A stretch of 64,000 nt of DNA from Fervidobacterium sp. (GTDB lineage: Bacteria; Thermotogota; Thermotogae; Thermotogales; Fervidobacteriaceae), in assembly GCA_049970055.1 (NCBI GenBank), contig JBMFNR010000001.1, forward strand, positions 231,200 through 295,199. The letters are read 5' to 3'. A model generated the notes under the pieces. It saw only the letters and a list, made by a program, of their open reading frames with translations, made no database searches and was not told the origin of the DNA. The translations under genes and the position numbers were made by a program. This document shows, piece by piece, positions 9,251-19,503 of this stretch (position 1 is its first letter; every line of letters starts with the position of its first letter).

Positions 9251-9772
9251 TTACCTTTCATCTTTGAAGACTTTGCATATTTCTGTTTTGCATTCTTTAT
9301 TGTCAATTAACTCGTACACTTCTTTACCAACCGGATTGTCAATACCAGCAAGATAATCTGCAAGATGGAGATGGAGGCATTTTACACTTGTAAGATTTCT
9401 AATTCCGCCTGTTCCTAAGTTTTCAAAATACTTATTCCATTTTTTATCCCCGTTTTTTAATAATTTTCGCCTTTTATGCGAAACTTGAAAATTAGCGTTG
9501 ACGTACTTATTTGCAAAATCTTTATCGTTAAGGATTTTCTCTTCAAATTTAGATATGAATCTCTTTTCCTCAAGGCGAGAGACTTCTTTTACCAAGTAGG
9601 GACAGGTTAGATAATGGATCGTGGGAAATGGCTGGTTGTCTTTTACAGGATAGCTTAAAATAACAATTGGGTAGCCAAAAGAACAGTACTTAATGACAGC
9701 GACCACATTAGTAACATTTCTTTGGAGTTGACCCCTAACAATTTCTAAATCTTTATCACTAATGCGTTCCAT
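9251..9772 (-). CDS. DUF501 family protein
   Basis: QLQR, C.FGYP, PFPTIHYLTCP, GTGG, VKCLHLHLA...NPVG. Confidence 0.85.
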   Translation of the reverse strand: MERISDKDLEIVRGQLQRNVTNVVAVIKYCSFGYPIVILSYPVKDNQPFPTIHYLTCPYLVKEVSRLEEKRFISKFEEKILNDKDFANKYVNANFQVSHKRRKLLKNGDKKWNKYFENLGTGGIRNLTSVKCLHLHLADYLAGIDNPVGKEVYELIDNKECKTEICKVFKDER

Positions 9773-10545
9773 TCATCCATCACCATTTTTTCCAGAATGT
9801 TGTAGCTTTCAAATAAATTCACCTTTGGTAGAATAATCCCGGAAATTATCAACAAACCGTCTTCTTTTAAATAGTCTTTTGCATTTTTCAACATTTTCAC
9901 AAGTATTTCAGCGATTATATTTGAAACTATGATATCGAATTTTCCATCGACATTCGAAAAGAGATCGGACCATCTCACTTCTATGTCAACACCATTCCTA
10001 ATGGCATTTTCTTGTGCAACTTCAACCGCCAAGGGGTCGTTATCAACACCTAAAACTCTATTTGCCCCCAATTTCTTAGCAAGAATAGCAAGAATACCAC
10101 TTCCACATCCTAAGTCAAGAACGTCCATGCCGGGTTTTAGATACTTTTTTAAGAACATTGCTGACATCTTTGTTGTTTGGTGGAGTCCAGTACCAAAGGC
10201 AAGACCCTGAGGTATACGTAGTACTACTGTGTCCTTAAGGTGGCTTAAATCATGTTCCAATGGATCTATCCACACACCTTCGATCATTTCGAATGGATCT
10301 GTAATAATGTTTTTCAACCAATCTTCGGGTTTACTCTCGCGCATTCCCACATAACCTAGCCCAAGCTGTAAGAGTTTGTTTTTCAGCTCTTCTAAATCTT
10401 CTTCATAAGGCGAAACAACAGCGAGGAACTTTCCCTCGCTGCTATCTATAGTGTAATAGTCATATTCTCCATACAGTAAATCATCGATAAGATCAAGAGA
10501 GATCTCATTTAACGTAAATACTAATTCTTTGAAAATCTTACTCAG
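9745..10545 (-). CDS. prmA: ribosomal protein L11 methyltransferase (probable CTG start at 10545)
   Basis: AFGTGLHQTT, VLDLGCGSGIL, DNDPLAV, VSNIIAE; frame is open upstream of the ORF-track start (10350) to a CTG behind RBS GAGGAGG. Confidence 0.9.
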   Translation of the reverse strand: MSKIFKELVFTLNEISLDLIDDLLYGEYDYYTIDSSEGKFLAVVSPYEEDLEELKNKLLQLGLGYVGMRESKPEDWLKNIITDPFEMIEGVWIDPLEHDLSHLKDTVVLRIPQGLAFGTGLHQTTKMSAMFLKKYLKPGMDVLDLGCGSGILAILAKKLGANRVLGVDNDPLAVEVAQENAIRNGVDIEVRWSDLFSNVDGKFDIIVSNIIAEILVKMLKNAKDYLKEDGLLIISGIILPKVNLFESYNILEKMVMDEWNALVIKI

Positions 10546-11344
10546 ATTCGATCCTCCTCATAACGTACGTATTTGTCCTTGGTAAATATGCAACTGGATC
10601 GTTTGGCTCACCATATTTTCTAACTTCAAAATGAAGATGTGGACCTGTCGATGTACCGGTGGAACCTGACCTTGCTATAAAGTCGCCTTTTTCAACCTTA
10701 AGGCCCACATACACATTTATTCTTGAAAGATGTGCATAATATGTTTCAAAACTTCCGTGATCAATTATAACTATGTTTCCATATCCACTCATCCATCCAG
10801 CATACTTGACGGTTCCTGAACGAGCTGCAAAAACGGGTGTTCCCTCAGGTACCTTAATGTCGATTCCTGTATGAAACATGTTTTTACCATATATTGGGTG
10901 TATTCTCCAACCAAATTCTGACGTAATCGTCCCATATACCGGCCAAATAAAATCCGCTAACTGAACAAACGATGTGTTGGATTTTCCAAGAGGAACAAAT
11001 ATTTCTTTTCCCGCAGGTATCGTTGAACTTAGCGAAGGATTGATATCAAGTATTTCGCTTGCATCGACAAAGAAATATCTTGCAAGCTCTGATAAACTGA
11101 TTGTTGTAGAAGGCTTGTACATAATACCGGGAATGAGTGGAACTTTTATTGTTGTACCAACCTTAAGTTTAGAAGTACTTATGCCCGGATTCCAGTCAAG
11201 AAGAACAGGGAGTGGAACTCCAAATCCATTCGATATACTATAGAGTGTGTCTCCACTCTGAATTTTATAATTTATATAGTAAGGAAACACTAGTGCTACC
11301 ATTGTTATCATCACTAAAGCTAGTATTTTTCGCAATTTCCCCAC
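10538..11344 (-). CDS. exported LysM + M23 peptidase
   Basis: Signal peptide, YKIQSGDTLYSI LysM, HTGID, YYAHL, STGPHLHFEVR. Confidence 0.93.
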   Translation of the reverse strand: MGKLRKILALVMITMVALVFPYYINYKIQSGDTLYSISNGFGVPLPVLLDWNPGISTSKLKVGTTIKVPLIPGIMYKPSTTISLSELARYFFVDASEILDINPSLSSTIPAGKEIFVPLGKSNTSFVQLADFIWPVYGTITSEFGWRIHPIYGKNMFHTGIDIKVPEGTPVFAARSGTVKYAGWMSGYGNIVIIDHGSFETYYAHLSRINVYVGLKVEKGDFIARSGSTGTSTGPHLHFEVRKYGEPNDPVAYLPRTNTYVMRRIESE

Positions 11345-11454
11345 CCCTTATTTTATTTGTTACAAAAAATCCTTTTATATTTTACCACAAAAGTTTTTTA
11401 TGTCAAAATAGTATACTAAAGTAAAGAATTTTTGACTCCAGTTGTCGAAAAGCC

Positions 11455-13335
11455 TTATTTTTTCTTTATGTACGTCAACAAAGCGAGGATATCAGCAGGT
11501 GTCACACCTGATATCCTCGAGGCTTGTCCAAGTGACAAAGGCCTGATTTTTTCGAGCTTTTCTCGAGCCTCCGTTGATAAGTTAGGAACTTGTGTAAAAT
11601 TTACATTAACAAGTGGTAATTTTTCGTATTCTTCAAAGACTTGCACTTGTTCGAGCATGGAATTTATGTAACCTTCGTATTTTAATTGTATCTCTATTTG
11701 TTGTACAACTTCCGGATCCTCTATCGGTTCAGGGTCGAATTGTCTGAAATGTTCGTAATTAACTTCCGGTCTTCTAAGAAGTTTTGCAAGTCTCGTTCCT
11801 TCCGCTAATGGTGTACTTCCAAGTGAGTGCAACACTTCGTTTACCTGGGGCAATGCGGGTATTTTAACATTTTCGAGCCTTTCAAGATGGTATTTCACAT
11901 TTTGTTCAAGTTTTACAACTTTATCGTAGAACCACCTTGGTATTAAGCCTACTTCATATCCATACTTTGCGAGTCTTAAATGAGCATTATCGTGCCTCAA
12001 AAGTAATCTATACTCTGCCCTTGATGAAAGTAATCTGTAAGGCTCATCTACGCCTTTTGTTACCAAATCATCTATAAGTACTCCGATGTAGCTTTCCGAA
12101 CGCTTTAGCACGAGTGGTTTTTCTCCTCTAAGTTTCAACCCTGCGTTTATGCCTGCAATTAGTCCTTGCGCTGCGGCTTCTTCATAACCACTTGTACCGT
12201 TAATTTGACCTGCAAAGTAAAGGTTTTCAACAATTTTTGATTCAAGTGTAGGGTACAATTGAGTTGGGTCTATGTAATCGTATTCTACCGCGTAGGCGGG
12301 TCTAACGATAACTACATTTTCCAAACCTGGAACCGTTCTAAGCATCTTTATTTGAGCAGCATATGGAAGACTTGTTGAAAGTCCATTCAGGTAGTACTCT
12401 TGTGTATCTCTTCCTTCAGGTTCGACAAAAACTTGGTGACTTTCACGATTGAATTTTACGACTTTATCTTCTATTGAAGGGCAATACCTTGGTCCCTTTG
12501 CCTCAATCAGTTTTACTTCACCATAAAGAGGCGAGAACATAAGATAGTCTCTTATGATTTTATGGGTTTTAGGAACAGTGTGTGTTAACCAACATGGATA
12601 ATCCTTTTCAAGAATGCGAGGTTCATTAAAATGCGAAAATGCCCATGGCTTGTCATCCGTGTCTTGCCTTATCATTTTTGAGAAATCTATACTCTTCTTC
12701 AGCACTCTTGCGGGAGTACCAGTCTTAAACCTTCCGACTGTGAATCCAAGTTTTATTAAAGACGCGGTAAGCCCTTTTGCTGAAAAGTCCCCCATTCTTC
12801 CTGCATCCATTGTTTCTCGACCAATAAATATCCTTCCTCTGAGGAAAGTACCGGTAGTTAGAATAACTGCCCTTGCCAGATATTCTATTCCAAAGCTGTC
12901 GATCACTCCTTTAACTTTATTGTTTTCCACCAAAATTTCTTCAACAACTCCGTACCTAAGTAGTAAATTTTCCTGCTCTTCTAATTTTCGTTTCATAGTT
13001 CTTGAGTAAGAGTATTTATCTATTTGAGCTCTTAGTGCTTGGACAGCGGGTCCTTTGCTTGTATTTAGCATTCTTACATTTATCATGGTTTCATCGGTTG
13101 TTTTCGCCATTTCTCCACCGAGAGCATCTATTTCCCGTACAACAATGCCTTTTGCTGAACCGCCAATCGCAGGGTTACACGATGCCCAGCCTACATTGTC
13201 CGGATTGCCAGTTAAAAGCAACGTCTTAAATCCCATTCTCGCACACGCAAGAACAGCTTCTATTCCGGCATGTCCACCACCGACAACTATAACATCAAAT
13301 TTGTAATCATCTTCCGGTCTTGCAAAAAAGTTCAT
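11455..13335 (-). CDS. mnmG: tRNA uridine-5-carboxymethylaminomethyl synthesis enzyme
   Basis: [49 protein letters not shown]. Confidence 0.98.
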   Translation of the reverse strand: MNFFARPEDDYKFDVIVVGGGHAGIEAVLACARMGFKTLLLTGNPDNVGWASCNPAIGGSAKGIVVREIDALGGEMAKTTDETMINVRMLNTSKGPAVQALRAQIDKYSYSRTMKRKLEEQENLLLRYGVVEEILVENNKVKGVIDSFGIEYLARAVILTTGTFLRGRIFIGRETMDAGRMGDFSAKGLTASLIKLGFTVGRFKTGTPARVLKKSIDFSKMIRQDTDDKPWAFSHFNEPRILEKDYPCWLTHTVPKTHKIIRDYLMFSPLYGEVKLIEAKGPRYCPSIEDKVVKFNRESHQVFVEPEGRDTQEYYLNGLSTSLPYAAQIKMLRTVPGLENVVIVRPAYAVEYDYIDPTQLYPTLESKIVENLYFAGQINGTSGYEEAAAQGLIAGINAGLKLRGEKPLVLKRSESYIGVLIDDLVTKGVDEPYRLLSSRAEYRLLLRHDNAHLRLAKYGYEVGLIPRWFYDKVVKLEQNVKYHLERLENVKIPALPQVNEVLHSLGSTPLAEGTRLAKLLRRPEVNYEHFRQFDPEPIEDPEVVQQIEIQLKYEGYINSMLEQVQVFEEYEKLPLVNVNFTQVPNLSTEAREKLEKIRPLSLGQASRISGVTPADILALLTYIKKK

Positions 13336-13360
13336 TGCTTATACCTCCTGTGTTTCGCCT

Positions 13361-14704
13361 TTAAGTTATCTTCCCTTTTTCAAATACTAGCTCTCCGTTG
13401 ACAAACGTCTGTATTGGGTCATTTTCGAATGGATCACTTGCGTAAAGACAAAAATCGGCAAGGTATCCTTCTTCTATTTTTCCTGCATTAAATTTTGACA
13501 TTTTTGCGCCGGCTTCCGTGTAGAGATGAATTGCATCCGATCTTGAAAATCCCATTTTCAGCGCGTGCTCAATTACGTACTTTGGATCCGCGGGTGATAC
13601 AGGCGAATCTGTCGAAAATGCAACTTCAAAACCTGCGTTATACATCTCAAAGAACGGATATGCTAAGTCACATCTTACATGTTTTAGCATATCCAGATCT
13701 TCAAAGTAAAAGTGTGGTTGTACAGATATATAGAAACTTTTCAACTTTTCAAAATCTTGTTTTCTGATAAACTGGACGTGTATAAGCCTGTGTCTTCGTT
13801 TTAATGTATTTTTAGTAAGTATTTCTATAACTTCATGTACGGCTCTGTCACCTATCGTATGTATATTCAATTGCAATCCATTATTTTCTGCATATGTGAT
13901 AATTTCGTTCATATTTTCAGGTATTGTAAACAACCCATTTGTACCATTATCTAAATATGATTCAAACATGTAGGCCGTTCTACCGCCTAAGGAACCATCC
14001 GCGTAAATCTTTATTCCACCGATTTTCGAAATACCAAAATTTCCGAATTCGTAATTCCACGGCTCATTTGTACACAATTTTTCAAATACCCTTATTTTAC
14101 TATTGTTCAAAAGATTTTTTAGCAACTTGAACGAGATGCCATGAAAATCATCCGAGTGAACTTGTGTGACACCGTGCTTTAAAAATTCCATCTGCCCATA
14201 TTCGAAAGCCTTTTGATAAAATTCGTCACCGAGAAAATTCCAAACTTTGTCAAGTTGACTTTCGTAAATAAAATTATCGCTCAAATTTAGTTTTGATTTC
14301 AAAAAGTTGTTAACAAACGCAACATGTCCGCACTTTCTAATCAAAAATACAGGTTTTGATAAACTGTTTGCAAAATTCACAGTTTGGTTATCGGGTACAT
14401 TCTCCCAGCCCCGTGCTATTATGAATTCCTCCGATGATTTTAAAACATCTTCTAATTTTTCTTTTACCAGGTCATGTGTTAGTATTTTCATTCCTGTGCC
14501 TACCACATGTGCATGAGAATCAATGAAACCAGGCATGAGAAATAAACCTGTGGCATTCACCACAGGTCCATTCTCTGTGTAATCACTTTTACGCACAAAC
14601 TTGCCGTCTTTAATGAACAAATCACGTTTCTCAAAAAACATGCCGTTCCAAACCCAAGCGTTTTTGATTATCAAAATTACCACCTTTTTTACTCCAGTAG
14701 TCAT
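13361..14704 (-). CDS. metal-dependent amidohydrolase (Amidohydro_3/YtcJ-like)
   Basis: PGFIDSHAH, KIYADGSLGGRTA, HTIGDRA, HRLIH, FSTDSPV; true start probably 20-30 nt inside the ORF. Confidence 0.88.
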   Translation of the reverse strand: MTTGVKKVVILIIKNAWVWNGMFFEKRDLFIKDGKFVRKSDYTENGPVVNATGLFLMPGFIDSHAHVVGTGMKILTHDLVKEKLEDVLKSSEEFIIARGWENVPDNQTVNFANSLSKPVFLIRKCGHVAFVNNFLKSKLNLSDNFIYESQLDKVWNFLGDEFYQKAFEYGQMEFLKHGVTQVHSDDFHGISFKLLKNLLNNSKIRVFEKLCTNEPWNYEFGNFGISKIGGIKIYADGSLGGRTAYMFESYLDNGTNGLFTIPENMNEIITYAENNGLQLNIHTIGDRAVHEVIEILTKNTLKRRHRLIHVQFIRKQDFEKLKSFYISVQPHFYFEDLDMLKHVRCDLAYPFFEMYNAGFEVAFSTDSPVSPADPKYVIEHALKMGFSRSDAIHLYTEAGAKMSKFNAGKIEEGYLADFCLYASDPFENDPIQTFVNGELVFEKGKIT

Positions 14705-15663
14705 TAAGATAACAAACCGGCGAGTTTAACGAGTTCCATATCAAGTTTCTTCTTTTCTTTTAATACTGCGTCAAGCTTTACTGTTACTATTTTACCACCC
14801 TGAAGTGCTGTCATAACAAAACTTTCACCACTCATCAGTGCGTCTACTGCGGTAACACCCATCCTTGAAGCAAGAAGTCTGTCGAATGCTGTTGGCGAAC
14901 CTCCTCTTTGAATGTGGCCAAGGATCGTTATTCTTGTTTCGTAACCTATTCTGTATTCAAGGTGTCTTGCGACAGTATATGCACTTGCAGCACCTTCAGC
15001 AACAACAACAATACAGTTAATCTTCCCTCTTTCTCTTTCTTCCAATAGTTTATTGCCTAGTTCCTCATAATTTACTGGTACTTCCGGGATAATAACGGCT
15101 TCAGCTCCGGTAACGAGTCCACTTACAGCAGCTATATAACCCGATGTTCTTCCCATTACCTCTATAATAAACGCCCTCTCGTGAGAACTAGCTGTATCTT
15201 TCAATTTTTGAATGGCATCGACAACGGTGTTCAGACATGTATCTACGCCAATACTCATGTCTGTCATTGCTATGTCATTGTCTATTGTCCCTGGGATACC
15301 GACTACAGGTATCTTTTGCTCCTCTTCAAGAAACATTGCACCGTGTAAACTACCTTCTCCGCCTATGACAACAAGTCCATCGATGCCATGCTTTTTCAAT
15401 ATCTTTGCTGCTTCAGCTCTTGTTTCCTTTCGAACAAACTCCGGACATCTGCTGGACCTGAGTATAGTTCCGCCTTTTTCCATAATTCCACCGACGGAAG
15501 CGAACGTCATAGGTTCAATTGCTTCATCCAGAAGACCAGCGTAACCTCTCTTGATACCGTAAACTTCAAGACCTTGCTTAATACCATACCTAACAACAGC
15601 TCTTATAGCGGCATTCATACCAGGAGAATCCCCACCACTTGTCATCACAGCTATTCTCTTCAA
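14704..15663 (-). CDS. pfkA: ATP-dependent 6-phosphofructokinase
   Basis: [30 protein letters not shown]. Confidence 0.97.
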   Translation of the reverse strand: MKRIAVMTSGGDSPGMNAAIRAVVRYGIKQGLEVYGIKRGYAGLLDEAIEPMTFASVGGIMEKGGTILRSSRCPEFVRKETRAEAAKILKKHGIDGLVVIGGEGSLHGAMFLEEEQKIPVVGIPGTIDNDIAMTDMSIGVDTCLNTVVDAIQKLKDTASSHERAFIIEVMGRTSGYIAAVSGLVTGAEAVIIPEVPVNYEELGNKLLEERERGKINCIVVVAEGAASAYTVARHLEYRIGYETRITILGHIQRGGSPTAFDRLLASRMGVTAVDALMSGESFVMTALQGGKIVTVKLDAVLKEKKKLDMELVKLAGLLS

Positions 15664-15729
15664 GTCGACCGCCTCCTTGCAAAATATAAATTTAAAGACC
15701 GTAAGAACCGTTCAATGCAATCAGTAGCG

Positions 15730-15758
15730 ATTATACCATATTTTAATTGTACAGTCTA
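15730..15758 (-). promoter_or_regulatory. sigma70-type promoter of pfkA
   Basis: Minus strand TAGACT-17 bp-TATAAT with extended TG. Confidence 0.55.
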
Positions 15759-15778
15759 CAACTTACTTTTTATTCTCG

Positions 15779-18145
15779 CTATTTCGCTTTTTTCCTTGAT
15801 TTTGCTTTTCCTTCCGACAGATCGTGTGAGCGCTTAAGTGCTTGAACAACGTAGTAGTTAACAGTTCCACGCGGATATTCATAGTTTTTATTCATATCAC
15901 CAGCAGGTTTATCTGTCATCAGTTCAATGGCCTCGTCTACCTCATCTACTGTCCATATGTGGAATTTTCCATCTTTTATATCTTGAGTTATTTCGTCGAT
16001 AAGTACAAGGTTTCTGATATTTGCACGTGGGATTATGACTCCTTGCGTACCATTTAGTCCCTTCAATTTGCATATTCTGTAAAAGCCCTCCACTTTTTGG
16101 GTAACACCACCCACTGGCTGTACGTGTCCATGTTGGTTTATTGAACCCGTCACAGCAATGTTTTGCTTCAACGGAACTTTTGAGAGTGCGGAGATAATTG
16201 CTAACACTTCTGCCAAAGAAGCGCTATCTCCTTCAACGTAACTGTAAACTTGCTCAAAAGAAATGGAAACACCCATTGAAAACGGTACCTTCCTTGCGTA
16301 TTTGCTCCCGAGATAGCCTGTTAAGATCATCACTGCCTTGCTGTGAATTTGTCCACTTAAATCAGCTTCTCTTTGAATATCTAATATCCCGGAACTTCCG
16401 AGGTAGGTTTTGGCAGTTATTCTTACAGGTAGACCAAATTCATAGTCTCCAAAATTAACAACGGTGAGTCCATTTACTTGCCCAACAACTTTACCACCAA
16501 TATCTATCATTATATCTTCTTTTTTGAACATTTCATCGTACTTTTCGACAATTAATTTCATGCGTTCTTCTCTTTCCTTTAGTGCTTTCAATATATCTTC
16601 GTATTCTATATACTTTGAGTCTCTTTCACTTGCAAAATAGTTAGCCTCTTCTATAAGGTCAATTATCGAGCCTAGTTTCATCGAAAGTTTTGTTCTATCA
16701 CCGGACAGACGCATTGAGTACCAAACCACTTTTTCGAGAGCACTTCTCTTCAGTGGCAATATTTCTTTTTCCTTTGCGTAATCAGCAATAAATGAAAAAA
16801 GATCGTGTACGTTTTCGACAGTAGTGTCAATTTCCCAATCGAGTTCCACTTTCACCTTAAAGAGTTTTTCGAAATCTGGATCGTATTCAAAAAGTACTTC
16901 GTAAATCTCTGGGCTGCCAATGAGAATGACTTTAACTTTCAGTGGGATTGGATCGGTTTTCAGCGAAGCTATTACGGAATATCCATAAGCAGTATCGATG
17001 TTTTCTATTTCCAATTGTTTTGCAAAAAGTACCTTTTTGAGTCTGTCCCATACAAATGGGTGTACTAGCAATTCTTGAGCATCTACGATCAGATACCCAC
17101 CGTTAGCTGAATGGAGTACCCCAGGTTTAATGAGACTGAAGTCTGTGTACAGCATTCCTTCTCTTTCAATGTACTCTATCTTACCGAACAAATTGTGATA
17201 CGTCGGTGTATCTTCAAACACAACAGGTGCGCCATTTAATGAAGAGTTATCAACTATTAAATTAATTGAATAAGCCCTCTTAAAATAATACTCAAGCTCT
17301 TGGATCTTCTTAGCCAAAGTTACCTTTTCAATTATGTCTTCCTTTATCCTATGAATGAATTCCAGTACATCACTGTAAGGATAATTTTTCTCAACAACAA
17401 AGAAGAGTTCTTCAGTAGCAAATAACAAAGCGTATCTGTTTAAATCTCTTATCTGTTCTTTATAACGTGCTTCAAGTCTCCTTACATTTTCAACAGCAGC
17501 TTCTATTAAAAGCTGCACTTTTTTTTCATTTTCTTCGTAGTAACGTTTTTCTTCATCTCCTAACTTTTCAAATTCTTCGTCTTTGAGCACCTTACCATCT
17601 TTTGCTGGATAGTAATTTACACCTGTTTGCGTTATTTTTATCAAATAACCAAGTGCACCTGCTTTTTCCACCAATTCTCGCGTGAAAAGATCTTGTTGGT
17701 GTTCGAAATCTTCATCGATCTCTCTACGTCGTGTTTTGTAGTCATCGCTTTCAAAAACTTTCAGTATTCTTTCCGTCAAATTGTCAACGAGTTTTTCCAT
17801 GTCTTTCTTTAAGTCAACTCCTTTTCCAGCCGGCAGAAATATAACCTTAGCTCTCATAGGATCTTCGAAATCCATAACGTATGCAACATCCGAAGGTGTA
17901 GGTCTTTTCTGGGCGTACTGATTGACAAAGTGCTTTACAAAAGTTTTTCTCCCCGTTCCAGAAGGTCCAACCACGAATATATTGTAACCGTCTCTATCCA
18001 TGTCCAGCCCGAATTTTAGAGCCTTTATGGCTCTTGACCTTCCAATAAAAGATTGGGTTTCCTTTATATCCTCCGTTGATTTTATATCTCCCAGTAGTGT
18101 TTGATCAACACTAAGTTCCTCGGCTCTAAGCTTCTTCAAAGGCAT
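15779..18145 (-). CDS. Lon-like protease (LonC/YcbZ type: AAA-like, coiled-coil insert, Lon_C)
   Basis: GPSGTGRKT, PGVLHSANGGYL, catalytic EGDSAS and VGGVTQK; likely ATG at 18145. Confidence 0.9.
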   Translation of the reverse strand: MPLKKLRAEELSVDQTLLGDIKSTEDIKETQSFIGRSRAIKALKFGLDMDRDGYNIFVVGPSGTGRKTFVKHFVNQYAQKRPTPSDVAYVMDFEDPMRAKVIFLPAGKGVDLKKDMEKLVDNLTERILKVFESDDYKTRRREIDEDFEHQQDLFTRELVEKAGALGYLIKITQTGVNYYPAKDGKVLKDEEFEKLGDEEKRYYEENEKKVQLLIEAAVENVRRLEARYKEQIRDLNRYALLFATEELFFVVEKNYPYSDVLEFIHRIKEDIIEKVTLAKKIQELEYYFKRAYSINLIVDNSSLNGAPVVFEDTPTYHNLFGKIEYIEREGMLYTDFSLIKPGVLHSANGGYLIVDAQELLVHPFVWDRLKKVLFAKQLEIENIDTAYGYSVIASLKTDPIPLKVKVILIGSPEIYEVLFEYDPDFEKLFKVKVELDWEIDTTVENVHDLFSFIADYAKEKEILPLKRSALEKVVWYSMRLSGDRTKLSMKLGSIIDLIEEANYFASERDSKYIEYEDILKALKEREERMKLIVEKYDEMFKKEDIMIDIGGKVVGQVNGLTVVNFGDYEFGLPVRITAKTYLGSSGILDIQREADLSGQIHSKAVMILTGYLGSKYARKVPFSMGVSISFEQVYSYVEGDSASLAEVLAIISALSKVPLKQNIAVTGSINQHGHVQPVGGVTQKVEGFYRICKLKGLNGTQGVIIPRANIRNLVLIDEITQDIKDGKFHIWTVDEVDEAIELMTDKPAGDMNKNYEYPRGTVNYYVVQALKRSHDLSEGKAKSRKKAK

Positions 18146-18944
18146 ATATTTCGACCCCCTTATCAATGAAGTGATACTCTCCATCATTTCTTAATGCAAA
18201 GTACGTACTTCCAGAACCTGTTAATGCTGCTGGGTATTTAGTTCTGAGATTTTGAATTTCATTGAATAATTTCTTTGGAATGATATATTCAAACACATTG
18301 TAAGTTCCTTTCCCTATTTTAACAATATTTCCCTCTTTATAAGCTTCGTAAAGTTCTAACGAACTCATTGGAGCTTTCCCAAACCATTCCAACTTAAGCT
18401 TAGAATACGCCTCTTTTGTAGATATTGGAAAATCTGGAAAGTACAATTTCACTTTAAAATCATACCAATTTGTTAAAGGTGGAAGCGGAGTAACAATTTC
18501 TCCTCTTCCTCTTACAATTGCTGTCCCACCGTATATAAAAAATGGAACATCACTTCCAACGCTTTGGGCAATCTCAGGTATTTCTTCTCTCGATATGATC
18601 CCAGCTTTGGAGAGTGCTACTATGAAACCTGCCGCGTTACTACTCCCTCCACCAAGCCCGCCGCCAATTGGAATGTTTTTTTCGAGTTTTATGTAAACAT
18701 CCTTGTCTTTGCAACCAATTACCTTCCAAACTTTGTAAAGAATATTGTCTTCAATGTTAACATTCGAACTGATATTCACATTTCCATCTCCGGCTTTAAG
18801 AACGATCTCCATCTCGTCGTAAAGTGAAATATTTTGGAAAAGAGAATCTATCTCGTGAAAACCGTCGGATCTTTTATAAAGAATGTCTAAACACAAATTC
18901 AGCTTTGCAAACGTTCTAAGTACAAGGCGACAACCTTTGCCCAT
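18126..18944 (-). CDS. ispE: 4-diphosphocytidyl-2-C-methyl-D-erythritol kinase
   Basis: AKLNL.L, KNIPIGGGLGGGSSNAA, GSDVPFF, LTGSGST. Confidence 0.95.
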   Translation of the reverse strand: MGKGCRLVLRTFAKLNLCLDILYKRSDGFHEIDSLFQNISLYDEMEIVLKAGDGNVNISSNVNIEDNILYKVWKVIGCKDKDVYIKLEKNIPIGGGLGGGSSNAAGFIVALSKAGIISREEIPEIAQSVGSDVPFFIYGGTAIVRGRGEIVTPLPPLTNWYDFKVKLYFPDFPISTKEAYSKLKLEWFGKAPMSSLELYEAYKEGNIVKIGKGTYNVFEYIIPKKLFNEIQNLRTKYPAALTGSGSTYFALRNDGEYHFIDKGVEIYAFEEA

Positions 18945-19486
18945 CCTTCCATCTCCTCAATATAATCAGCTAACTTTTTTGAGCGTATCTCAATAAAGTT
19001 TTCAGACTCGGTGATACCATAGTACACAACATGTGCGATGTACAAAACACCGACGTGCACCCTGCTGACGGAATTTTCTACTTCATTTATTAATCCCACA
19101 TACTTCAAACTTTTCACATCAACCTTAACTTCTTCGTTCAACTCTCTCCAAAGACCTTTCTTCAGACATTCAATTGGGTCTTTGGAATCTTCCTCGTTTA
19201 AGTGCCCTCCTACTCCCAAAGTTATGAGGTTATGCAGTCGTTTTTCCGTTTGATGTGCAGTTCTTCTGAAGAAGATGTATTCGTCGCCTTGTGTTAGAAC
19301 GACGTAAGGAATAACCTGCCTTATCGATTCATCATATTCAGCTATTGAACGCTCAACAAAAAATCCATCCTTCAAAACCTCAAGAAATTCTTCCTCAGGT
19401 ACTTCTACAACACCTGTTCTTCCCCGACACAATGTTTCCACTCGCTTTGTTTTAATCACCAAGACTTTTTCATCCAGACTTCCCAT
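18899..19486 (-). CDS. NUDIX-family predicted phosphoesterase
   Basis: RQVIPY, EKRLH, GVGGH, RELNEEV, VHVG. Confidence 0.85.
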   Translation of the reverse strand: MGSLDEKVLVIKTKRVETLCRGRTGVVEVPEEEFLEVLKDGFFVERSIAEYDESIRQVIPYVVLTQGDEYIFFRRTAHQTEKRLHNLITLGVGGHLNEEDSKDPIECLKKGLWRELNEEVKVDVKSLKYVGLINEVENSVSRVHVGVLYIAHVVYYGITESENFIEIRSKKLADYIEEMEGWAKVVALYLERLQS

Positions 19487-19503
19487 TCACTTTCCTCCTA
19501 TAA

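Noticed and set aside
15779..18145. Degenerate Walker A (GTGRKT) as a sign of pseudogenisation
   Set aside because: Typical of the LonC/YcbZ subfamily; the ORF and Ser-Lys dyad are intact
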